Assembly: GCA_013265495.1 (NCBI GenBank)
Contig: MU061804.1
Coordinates: 2,878,263 to 2,942,262, forward strand
Length of the DNA: 64,000 bases
Reading direction: 5' to 3'
Source: Vicugna vicugna
Taxonomy: Eukaryota
Below, piece by piece: positions 13,001 to 23,530 of the stretch. A program made the position numbers and the translations under genes. How positions within the stretch are numbered: the stretch's first letter is position 1; each line of letters begins with the position of its first letter. The notes beneath the pieces are model-generated. The model searched no databases. It was not told the origin of the DNA and worked only from the letters and a program-made list of their open reading frames with translations.

Positions 13001-15609
13001 GTGTGACCCATATTACGACTGTGATGGCAGCTCTGACGGGGGCCAGCCTGAGCGTCGCCGGGGCTGGGACGCACGGCCCTGCTGAGCCCTGCTGGGCTCC
13101 CTGCGCCTCTGGGCGAATGTCTGCCCACCCGCGCCTGCTGTGTTAGCCTGTCTCCCCCACTGAGCTCCTGGGGGCAGGTGCATCTCACTGACACTTGCGT
13201 TCAGTGCTGGAGACAGAGCCCGGCCGTCACAGGTGTCCAGGGAGTATTTGCCAAATGAGCAGGTGATGACTTGCAGCCATGACGCTCCCGTCAGCTGCCA
13301 GCACCTGCTGCTGCCACTCTCGGAACCTACCTCCGTGTGGCCTGGAGGCCCGCACTGTCCCCGCTGGGCCTCCGTGTTCTCACTTGTAAAACGGCAGTGT
13401 CAGCCTAGACTCTCCAGGCCTCCATCCAGCGTGCAGGTCTGTGACTTTCCAGTCCTGCAGCTCCACAGTTTTTAACTGTGTGGCCCTGGCTCAGAGCTGT
13501 CCAAGCACCTCCTAGTGGGGAGGGGAGAACAGGTGCCGGGCTTTCGGGGAGGTCAGGGGCCAAGGTGAGAACAGGAGGTGAGGAGGAAAGGCGCTTCCCC
13601 CCAGGACTGCAGCGGCATCACCCGTGGGGACTGCCAGTGCGCAGCAGAGGGGAGCGGGGCTGGCCAGGCTGGTGTCAGTCCGTGGCTCTGCTGAGCTGGG
13701 ACTATCTCTTGGGAAATCATTTTAATAACTGAGAGGAAATGGAATGACGGATGCGGCTGCTGCCTGGCCAGGGCCGGGCGTTAACTCGGCTCTGCTGATG
13801 CTGCCTGTCGACAGTCTCCGAGGAGAAGCCCTCGCGAGCGTCACTCCCGGTGCTTCTAACGAGTGGGCCTCGGAGAGGCGGGCTTCCGGGGAAGGCGGGG
13901 AGGGCTGGGCCGGGGTCCAGGAGTAGGGGAGGCCTGGGAGAGGTGGACGGGACCACGTTGAACAGTGATCTGGCCGGGGCGTAGGGTCCTGGGTAGGACA
14001 GCTCCAGCCCTGCTCTGGAGGAGGTCCTCACGCTCTGTGAGTCTCAGCCTCCTTGGAGAGAAAATGGTCCAAGAGGGTGCACAGGAGAGACTTGTGAACT
14101 CTGAAGTCCGGCTGCTTGTGAGTTTCCTGTTATCCCCTCCCAGTCCACAGCGCACAGCCAGGTTTGATTATTCAGGATGTGGAGGGTGGGGGAACGATGG
14201 CCTGGGGAATTCAAAGTAGCGGGTGATACAAAATTCAGTTTTATGTGGCTTGAGGTCTGCAGTGTGTAATCCCTCCTGACTCTAACCACTGCAACCCTGG
14301 CAGCGGGCCGCCTGCCCGCAGGTGGAGGGCACGCCGTGGGGCCCACGTATCGAGCCTCCACGTGTTGATGCTCAGGGCTTAGAGAGAATTTGGTTTAAGT
14401 TGCAGCAGGGGAAAGTCGGGTTAGATCCACCAAAGTGAGCCGAGGACCCAGAATATCTGGGGACGGACGGGGACGCCGGCTGTGACAGTAGCCCACCACC
14501 GGTGGGTGACTGGGAGCTGTGGGGCTCTGGAGGTAGCAGATGGCCTTCCTGGACAACTGAACGTTGGATGCGGGAAGGCTGGCCATGACCTCCTGGCAGC
14601 GAGCCAGGAGCCAGCATGTCCTCACCTGTCCTCACATGTAGCCGAGGGACTCTAGACCCCAGGGCCACCCAGCCATGGCTCAGGCTGCAGACTTCAGGGC
14701 CGCCGAGAGAAGGGGAGGGGTGGGGAGAGGAGGGGGAGATGGGCCTCAAGGATGAAAGAAAATGAGGCCTCATCTGCTTGTTTGTGTTTCCTGTATTTAA
14801 GATGCTGACTTCTAGCATATTTTTAAATCCATCAGACGCGAAAGGCTGATTTAAATAGATCTGCAGTGTGAAGCTGGTAATTTCACTTGCCACAGTGGAG
14901 GAGCCGGCAGGATTCAGCGCCTCTCCCCATGCCAGGGACGCTATAGAAACACGCATCTCCCTGGGGCTTTCAGGCAGGTGCGTGCCTCCCTGACTGTGGG
15001 AGGGGGACACGGACTTGGCGGGAGGGGGTGAGAGTTAGCAGGAAACTGAACTGGAGGCGTGAACCAGCCCAACATTCTCCTGGCCCAGGGGGGCTTCCTG
15101 GTTCAACCCATTCTGACTCCCAGCCACATCTTACACGACATACTGTCATTTCAGTGTCAGCTCGAAAGAATCCTAGACTCTTGGGGTTGGTGCAGTGCGG
15201 GTGGGGGCCTGGTAGTTTGCAGCATCCAGTGTCTCCCTGCATTCCTAAGAGCAGAGCCCCCACATCTGCTTGAACATCTCCAGTGTCAGAGAGCTCGCTG
15301 CCTAGTGAGACAGCCTGTCCCATTGCTGGGCAGCGTGCACCAGGACAAGGCCCCCTGGGGGCAGCTGCAGTCCGCGTTCTAGTCTGGTCCTCTTGGCTTA
15401 GTGCCAAAGTCAGCCCTCATCCCTGAACACGGTGTTCAGGTCCCTCCCCAGCTCCAAGCCTAGGCCAGTTCTGAGGCCCCTTACCGTCAACTATTAATGC
15501 CGTTCAGTCTCTGCAAAACCCAAATATTTCTGGGAGCTAAATTGACATCTTCCCTGCTGTAGGAGTGCATCTTTCCCGATGCAGCAAGATTCCGGAAGCA
15601 ACAGAAGAC

Positions 15610-15720
15610 TCTGTCATTTATTTTGTGCTGTCATTCAACACACTTGGGCCCCTACTCTGGGGCCAGGCTGGACCTACCGCTGGCATTCGGGGTATGGAGG
15701 TCCCCTCCTCCCCAGGAAAT
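15610..15720 (-). mobile_element. L2 3' end remnant
   Basis: tcattcaacacacttgggcccctactctggggccagg..ggtcccctcctccccagg pattern. Confidence 0.45.
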
Positions 15721-16083
15721 TATCTACGGGGCGAGGAGGCCAACTCCTAAAGAGAAGAGTGTGCACGGGTCGGGTGGGGTGGGGGGCCAGGCCGGGGTCG
15801 GCTCCGCGCCCTTCAGGGAGGGGAGCCTGGGGTTGCTGTCTGTGAGTTTTCACAAGCCGTTAATGTGTCCTTGGGGGCTTCCCGGTGTCTCCTCCCCTCA
15901 GTGCACCGGAAGTTCAAGGGCCTTAAGCAGCCTTGCCTTCCTTCCCTGCTCCTTCACCCCCTGACACAGCTGAGATTCACACTGGGTGCCTGAGAGCCTC
16001 ATTTGCTGGGCGTTGAAGACACTCAGCCCTTCACTCCTTCATGGGACATAAATGTTTGCGGAGGAGGTCGTTCCGAAAAGAAT

Positions 16084-16200
16084 GTACTGTGGTAAAATAT
16101 ACATAACACACATTCACCATTTCAACCATTTAAAATGTCCAATTCAGAGGCACTAAGCACATTCACAGTAGTGGGTGCAGCCAGCACTCCCTGCCCCCCA
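16084..16200 (-). mobile_element. Old L1 (L1MA/MB-like) 3' end fragment
   Basis: tgtggtaaaatatacataac...accatttaaaatgtccaattcagaggcactaagcacattcaca matches the recalled L1M 3' end. Confidence 0.7.
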
Positions 16201-18183
16201 ACCCGAGACCGTGCCCACCGCCCCACAGAGAAGGTCCTCGGGACACCGCGCGTGTGAAGGTGCTTCAGGGACGAGTGTGGCACCCGTGGGACCTCCACCT
16301 GCCTGGTGTCTAGGCAGCACCAGGCCCCAGCAACTACAAAGTTCTGAGACCAGAGCCCTGCTGGGGGAGCCTGGAGCCTGGAGCCTGGCCCCCGCCCACC
16401 TTCAGGGCAGCGGGGGAAGATGCGGAACAGCCCGAGACCAAGTCTCCGGCTTTGCCCTACCAGCCAGGAAGTAGGAGACGCGCTTACCTGAGGCCCCAGC
16501 TTCTCTCGGTTACCATCCCTCCTATTGCCTTTTGCTCTGGTCCCTTCGCGGGAGACAGACGTCATGCGAACGCTGTTTAGAGCTCTTCAGTTGGCTAAGG
16601 CCCTACCCAGGCTTCTCACGCGACCTGCACACCGCCCTGGGAGACCGGTAGGGCAGAGAGCCGTTTCATGGATTTGCCAGCTGGGGCTCAGAGCATCAGG
16701 CAGTCCTGGGTTTTGCCCAGGGCCACCAACTTGTGAGCAGGTTCTACTCTGCACAGGTCCTCGGGCTAGAGGAAGCACTGGGATTGGTGCCGCTGCGCGA
16801 AGGTGGCTGGTTCCGCTCCAGGAGGGAGGCGGACCGGGCCGGGAAGCGCGCTTCACTGCCCGGAGGCACGGAGCCCGGGTCCCGCTGGCCGCTGAGCGGC
16901 CTGCAGGTAACAACGGCGCTGGGATGGAGGCTTGGATGGGCCCCACGCTGTCGCAAAGGCAGTCAAATGGCAGCAGCTGGAATGCTCCTCGGCACTGTGT
17001 TGTAAACCCAGAAGCAGCCCCTCGTTTGCACCAGTGAGCCAAACCCCGCAGGTCGCCTCGGCCACAGGGGCCCAGGCGTGCAGCCTCTGGGCCCCGGGCC
17101 CCTGGGGAGTGAGTGACCCACCCAGAGGTGGGCCTTGCTCTCGAGACGCCAGCTCTGCTCTCACCGGGACCTTCAGGCGAACACTGCCGGCCAGACCCCG
17201 CGTGACAGGCGGTGACAGAGGTGAGTGCTCCCGCCCTCCGGAGGCAGTCCCCGGGTGCCCGCACCGCCTCCACAGAGTGGCCCGGCAGCCCACGCCCCTG
17301 TGCCGGGTCACCCCGAGCCTCTGCCCTGGACACCTGCCCACGGAACCCCAGGTTCCACAGTCACATGACCCAGACTCACTCTGAGGCCCCTTGAGGGCCA
17401 CATGCTTCAATCCCTGTTTTCAAGCCAAAAAAGCTCCCCCCTCCCCATGCACGTGCTCGGGCACCTGTGCTCGGCGGCGCCGGGGCCGGTGCCGTCACGG
17501 GGGGCCGCGGCCGGCAGTGCGCTCGGTTCACATCTCAAACGCCTGCAAGATGCCAACATCACGGCCACTTTTAAAAAGAATTAATACAGCCTTCTGGAAA
17601 AGGTAAAATCAAATGAAGTCAGCAGCTGTGGACCTGGGGTCAGGCCTCCCTGCCTGCCTGTCAATCTACCAAGTTAATCAGCACGTACGATTTTCTGAGA
17701 GCTATTTTGAGGACATTTAGAAAGTGGCTTTTACACGCTGTGTGTGCCTTATTTACACCCTCCGGACACGGTCGCTCTGTTTAGCAGCAGATGTTTTTTT
17801 TCCCCCTTGTTTTCTTTTCCTCTCGTCAAAGTCAAGCCTGTAGTGAGCCCACTCCCTAACCCCAGGCAAACACTTCTCAGCCCCAGAGCACCCTGGAGTC
17901 GGGGTTATGGGTGGGCAGTGGTTTTCAAAGGCGCGGCTCCAGAAAACCCAAGCGGACAAATAGGGGAGGTGTGGTGGCTGCTGAGAGAGGAGGGGCCCTG
18001 AAGCTGGGGAAGGAGCAGGACCCCTGGGGGGACAGGGTGGAACCAGAGGTAGGTGCCCAGGTCCATGACGCATGTGCCGAGAGCATCCCATCAGGTCCAG
18101 GGACAGGCTCTGAGGCCAGACCAACGCCCTGGCACCACCCAGCGCTGTCTCTGGCCTACAGGAAGCAGCAAGTCGCTGGCACA

Positions 18184-18197
18184 GTTGCCATGGCAAC
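18184..18197. promoter_or_regulatory. Perfect palindromic RFX X-box GTTGCCATGGCAAC
   Basis: Exact match to the RFX1/2/3 dimer consensus. Function untested. Confidence 0.55.
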
Positions 18198-18539
18198 CTC
18201 AGGGGCCAGGCTCAGAGGAGCATGGGCGGGGGGAGAAGGCACGTGGTGGCTTTTCTGGAAAAGTCCATCTGTTTCTTTCCCCCAAGAAACCAAGTTGATG
18301 GGGGAGAAAAGAAAGGAACAGGCCTCCGGGTCTAGACAGAGACAGGAGAGAAAAGACCCCAAGATGCACCAGGAGCAGCTTTCCTGGTGGGATGTGCTCC
18401 CCTTCCCTTGGGGCACGTCACCCACAAGGACAGCGGTCCAGGCGGGTCTCGGTCGGGGCCCTGGCGCAGGAGCCCGTGTGCAGGAGGCAGGGGAGACCCT
18501 GTGGCCTCGGGCCCGGGCGGGGGTCCTGGGAGGCCTGTA

Positions 18540-18624
18540 TCAGCCGCAGCAGGCTTTCTTCTTGGCGGGGCGGTCGACCTGAAGCGTGTCCCCCCTCACT
18601 GTGTCTTCTTGCTCCTTGAGGATC
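18540..18624 (-). CDS. CRACR2A: CRACR2A last coding exon: [27 protein letters not shown] with CCx geranylgeranylation motif
   Basis: Acceptor ctcccag|G, TGA at 18540-18542, polybasic stretch plus CCG end. The 13 exons total 1510 nt, i.e. 1 nt + 502 aa + stop. Confidence 0.95.
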
Positions 18625-19164
18625 CTGGGAGAGGGAAAGGTACAGGGTCACAGCGGAGAAGCTGCTAGGCACCTCAGGTTACAGGCCGCCTGGACCACAG
18701 GGAGGGACCCAGCCTCACCGGAGCATCAGAGACAGTACTCCAAGTCGCCCCCTGGCGAGCCCAGGTGCACGACTGTAATGGATAAAGCCGGAGTACAGTC
18801 CATACGGCTCCTTCACAACGCCTCCTCCAGGAAGCCTCCCCGATCCTCTGGGTGGCGTAAGTTCCCCAGCAGCACTTGGCCCCTTCCTCTGCTGTAACCC
18901 CATCACCGGGTGTAATGCACTGTCCACGGTTGGCTCCCTGGGCAGAGAGTGAGCTGCTGGGAGCAGGGGCTGTATCTTTGGTCTCTGCAGCGTATCACAG
19001 TACTGGGCACACAGTGGAGGCTCAGGAATGATACTGATTGGTTATTAACTTTATGGAAGGGCTTCCCCCTTGGCCCCAGCTCCAGATAAAATATAAGAGG
19101 TGAAGGATTAAAAATAGCAGTAAGTATCCTATCTCTGCTTTATACTTTCAAAGAACTTCCACCT

Positions 19165-19300
19165 CAGCGTCTCTTCTGATTTTCACAACAGCCCCTGGGC
19201 GGGCAGGGAAGGTACACACGGATGTTGGGGGTCAAAGCTCAGAGAGGCAGGGTGACTTGCCTGGGGGTCAGTGGCAGAGAAAACCCTAGAACTTTCCCCA
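19165..19300 (-). mobile_element. MIR
   Basis: cacaacagccc..gctcagagaggcagggtgacttgcc..ggtca antisense core. Confidence 0.6.
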
Positions 19301-19437
19301 TAACTCCCTAGGTCTTCCATAACCTAACCCCTCCAGTGCATCGAAGTTGTTCTGGGCTCTTAATTACTCAAATAAAAATAGGTTTGAGATGCCCCAGAAT
19401 GAATGCTGAGCATAAAATGAGTCTAGTCAGTATCTGC

Positions 19438-19542
19438 TGGATGGAAAGTGGATGGATGGATAGATGGAATGGTCGGATGGATAGAATGGATGGATGATGG
19501 ATGGATGGATGGAATGGATGCATGCGTAGATGGATGGATGAA
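19438..19542. repeat. Imperfect (GGAT)n microsatellite
   Basis: Read directly. Confidence 0.9.
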
Positions 19543-20045
19543 CGTGTGAATGTCGAAGGATTAAAAATTGGTCTGTGTGGTCTGTTTCCTTAGTTTCGGT
19601 GTAGGCAGAGGCTTATGGGACCAGTCCTTTGAGCACCATCCCCTTGGGTGCCTCTGTCCCCATCACAGCCCCTCTTCTTGGCTGCCCCTCCCCCACCAGG
19701 AGCCCGCATCACCGTCCTCTTGCCCCCTCTGGCTGCCAGCTAAGCCCCACTAAATATTAGCCAGCCTTGAGGGGCCTCTGATGTGACCTTTCCCAGGAAT
19801 ATTTGCATTTAAAAAGAGGATCCCTGGGAAAAGGACAGCCCTTTAAGTCTCAGAAGAAGGCGGCTGCGGAAGGGGTGACAGGCAAGGGGGCTTTCTTTTT
19901 GTCACTGTGTTTCAGAGGGCTGTCCCTGACCCCTGGGTTCCCACACAACGGCCGAGGCCTGCAGCCCCTTTACCCAGACAGAGGCAGGGCCTCCCCCGGG
20001 ACCGCACAGCAGGGGCACGTCCCCTGCTGGGTTGTCTCTCTTTAC

Positions 20046-20122
20046 CTGGCCAGATGGAGCACGGACTCTCGGGTATTGTGACCGGAGTAGGCACTGCATT
20101 CATAGAAGATCAGACTGTTTTC
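20046..20122 (-). CDS. CRACR2A: CRACR2A Rab-domain exon (G5): ENSLIFYECSAYSGHNTRESVLHLA(R)
   Basis: Acceptor ctccag|GAA, donor AG|gtaaag, 77 nt. ECSA is G5. Not in the ORF track; found by manual translation. Confidence 0.95.
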
Positions 20123-21084
20123 CTGGAGTCACAGAACAGAGGGAAGGAAGGAGGAGGTGGGGGCGCTGGAGGGGGCGAGGGGAGGCGGAGGAGAACGCCT
20201 GTCCGCATCTCCCACGCCCTCCCTTCCTCTCGCCCCCTTCCCACTCTGTGCCAGGTTGATTTCTGTGCCCTCCGGCTCCCTGACTGAGGGGGCGTCCGGA
20301 GCCATCGGTAACCTGGGTGAGCTGTACCAGCTGCAAACAGCACAACCCGCGCTGCGGCCCCAGCGCTCCACGCCTCCAGCTGCTCTCCGGTGTGTCCGGG
20401 CCCGTTTCCCCTTTTCGCTCCAGCCTGGGAAGCAGGCAAAGACTGAGGGCAGCCTTCCCACGTCACAGGCAGGGAAGCCAAGGTGAGAGGCCCGTCAGGT
20501 CGCAGCAGGGGTCCCAGCAGCCAGTGCTCCCCAGGACGTTGGCCCAGTGAATTAATACACTGCCAGCAGCCCACGTGTCTCGGGACAACACCCATCACTT
20601 CACTGGGCCAGCATGGGGGTGGGGTCAAGGGTCATTGTTGTCCACCCATCACTCCCATCAACAGGTCTCCTGCTTCGCTAATGCCAGTGCTAGTGGCATC
20701 TGGCATGAGCCCTGGAGGCTGGTGCCCTGTGGGGACGGGCAGCTGGGGATGCCTGCAAACGCTGGCCCCACCCATCCTCTGCCCCCTTCACCAGCCCCCG
20801 GCACACCTCTGTCCCACCCCGACTCCCCTTCGACCTGTGGCAGAATGGAGGCTCCGTGGTGGGGGTGGGGCACGCCCGGACCCAGAACTGGGAGACAGCA
20901 TTTGCCTTCCAGCTTCAGCCCTGAGCCCACCAGGGAGGAACTGCGTGATAATTCGAAGAAATCACTTAACTTCTCTGAGTCGTGTTTTTTGTTTTCACTT
21001 ACAGAAAAAAAAAAAAAGGCGGAGGGGTGGGGGTAGAAAGAAGAGAAAAGAAAACGGGATGGTAACACAGGGCTGCCGTCCCTC

Positions 21085-21330
21085 GATCAAAATCCTTGAA
21101 TCCAGATGCATCTTGGAATCCAGAATTTTTACATTTTAGAAAGAAGATGCAGGCACATAGCATGTATTACATAATAGCCTCAGCGAGTCCGGGAGAGCGC
21201 CCTGTAATCTACTGTATGAATATTTCTTCAGGGGAACATTTGAATATTCATTCAAAATGAAGTGAACAAAAACCCGTAAATGGTCTCACAGTGGTTCTGG
21301 TCAGGTTTTTCTGCCAAACAAAGTGCAAAA
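21085..21330. mobile_element. Probable TcMar-Tigger DNA transposon remnant
   Basis: AT-rich block aaaatccttgaatccagatgc..cagaattttt..tgaatattca..ggtcaggtttt resembling old Tigger MITEs. Family uncertain. Confidence 0.4.
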
Positions 21331-22565
21331 AAAGCCCCTCCCTGCGCTTAGAGCTCTGCGGATTCAGAATGGTGGATGCGGGTCTGCGTGTGGACATGCG
21401 GCTGCCGGGGGGGCCCCCCTTCCTCCTCCTCTCCCCTCGAGCCTCGCCGCCTGTGCCCGCCTTCCTGGCCTCCGAGGCCAGGAGCCTCCGACTAGACCTA
21501 CGAACACACTAAGAATTACGGGGTCCTGGGAAATCCTTGTGGGGAAGCACCAGCGCCCCCGACACGTGGTTCCCGGAAAACCGCTCTGCTTGGGCCGGGG
21601 GCTGAAGCTTGCTTTAACAGAAAGCTTCCCAGCACGTGCCCTGAGTTTATCTTGGGCTTGCGTTGGGAGGCTCAGCCTTGGTAGGAAGGGAGAGCGCTCT
21701 AACAGAGCTGTCCGGGGAAGGGCACGTTGTCTGGTGGGTGGTGAGCGCTTCATCCCTGAGCGCGACCAAGCGGGGAAGCACAGATGATGGGATTCAAGTA
21801 TCAGATGCGGGACTGAAGTAAGTAATCTCCTTACTGTGAGTGAAAAACAACTGCCTGCCGTCGGTAAGTGAAGGATGCTGCAGCCATCAAGCCCTCCCAC
21901 TGCAGCTGCCCCGACGGGGAGCCCAGGGGGCGCTCAGGATGGAAACAGGGTGTTTGATACCAAGCCGCCAGCCACTGCAGGCACCCCAAAAAATGGCACC
22001 CCCCCGAGGAGACTCGGAATGGGGAAGCACAGGACACTGGCCCTAGACATCGAAGGAACGATTTCAGTGAGCCCAGACTTTTGCAACTTCCCATTCACAG
22101 AAAAGCGCTAAATTTCCTTAACTTGAGATGTCTGCTTTTCTTTAATTAACACCAATCTTTGGATGTTCCAGACTAGCTGGTCTCTGCAGCAAACACTCCT
22201 GTGTATCCTGGCTCCTCCCCTACCTCTTCGGAGCCGTCCCTCAGAGCGATCTCAGGAGTGAAGACTGCAGAAAGTCCACCAAATAAAACAAAATTCTCAA
22301 CTTCGAGGCTGTATAGTGTTTTCTCGGCTGACATTGCTATCCGAGGATTCGTAATTCCGAGTTCCAAGAAAGAATCTGGGAAACTGCCCCCACTCAAGTC
22401 AAGTCCCTCTTACAGCCTGTGGCTTTCTGGCAAGTTCCACATGCACAGCAGCTGGACCGTCCCCACAATGCCAGGACACCCATCTGGCTCACTTGCCTCC
22501 TTCCCAAGGGGCTCCCAGAAAAGGTTCCCGCCCTGTCCAGAGAGACGGGAATGCCCGCCCCTTAC

Positions 22566-22667
22566 CTTGGCCAGCTGCTCCCCCAGGCCCCGAGGGACTT
22601 CCCGCTCTTTCTCGTTGTCAATTTTATTGCCCAGCAGAAGAATGGGGATGCGGCCTCCCACGGCTTC
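22566..22667 (-). CDS. CRACR2A: CRACR2A Rab-domain exon (G4): [34 protein letters not shown]
   Basis: Acceptor ccgcag|GAA, donor AAG|gtaag, 102 nt. NKID fits NKxD. Confidence 0.96.
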
Positions 22668-23344
22668 CTGCGGGACAGATAATTCCCCCGTGAGAGAAGC
22701 ATCCCAGAAAAGCAGGCGGGAAATCCTGGCTGGAAAGGCACAAACTGGCCCCACATGCCAGGCGGTGACAGAGGAGACCGCTGTCCCCCAGAGTCTCAGT
22801 CTGCAGGGCTTCTGTGAGGTGCCCAGCCCTCTCAGCGCAGAGGTGCTCACCCTGCTCCTTGGATCCCGGAATGTGCCGCCCCCCCCGCCCCCCGCCTTGT
22901 GTCCTGGCAGTGGGAGCAGAACGAGGTCACAGCAGATGCTGATAAAAGAGGGGTCCTTCCAGAGCCCCTGAGGGCACCCCCCAGGGACCAGACGTGGTCT
23001 ATGTGGACCGGAATAAACATGGAATTGCTGAGACGGGCTTGGAGGTGGTTTGGGGGCTGCGTGGTCAGCAGCGGCATCTCTAGGTGCCTCAGATTGGGTA
23101 TGTAGTTCCCTGAGGGTCGGGTCCAAATCTGATTCACGGTCCTGGGTTCACAGAGCCAGACTGATGACCGTCCTGTGCCTCCTGGGAGGGCACCGTCCAG
23201 GGAGCCCTGTCGTGGGTGCCCTGGCTCTGAAGGAGCCCTGATCAGGAGGGACTGGGGGCCAGTGCAGCCACCCTGCGTGGGCCGGAGGAACAAGTTTATT
23301 CAAGGAGTCAACTCTGCTCACTCCTCCAAGGCTGGGGCGGATCA

Positions 23345-23530
23345 GCCAGGGGTCTGCACCCCAGGGGCCTACACCCCAGGGGTCTGCACCCCAGGGTCCC
23401 TGCAACCCAGGGGCCTGCACCCCAGGATCCCTGCACCCCAGGGTCCCTGCACCCCAGGGGCCTGCATCCCAGGGTCCCTGAACCCCAGGGTCCCTGCACC
23501 CAAGGGTCCCTGCGCCCCAGGGTCACTGCA
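23345..23530. repeat. GC-rich minisatellite, 12 units of 15/16 bp (ccccagggg(t/c)ctgca / ccccagggtccctgca)
   Basis: Units counted directly. Confidence 0.9.

Noticed and set aside
18236-18242. miR-124 7mer-m8 site (GTGCCTT) in the CRACR2A 3' UTR
   Set aside because: A single 7-mer is near chance level without conservation data.
19102-19568. 14-bp direct repeat gaaggattaaaaat about 450 bp apart, as a possible TSD
   Set aside because: The enclosed DNA is a patchwork of old MIR and microsatellite, not one element, so probably chance.
23345-23530. CRISPR-like or prokaryotic repeat array
   Set aside because: Units are contiguous with no unique spacers, in a mammalian intronic context.
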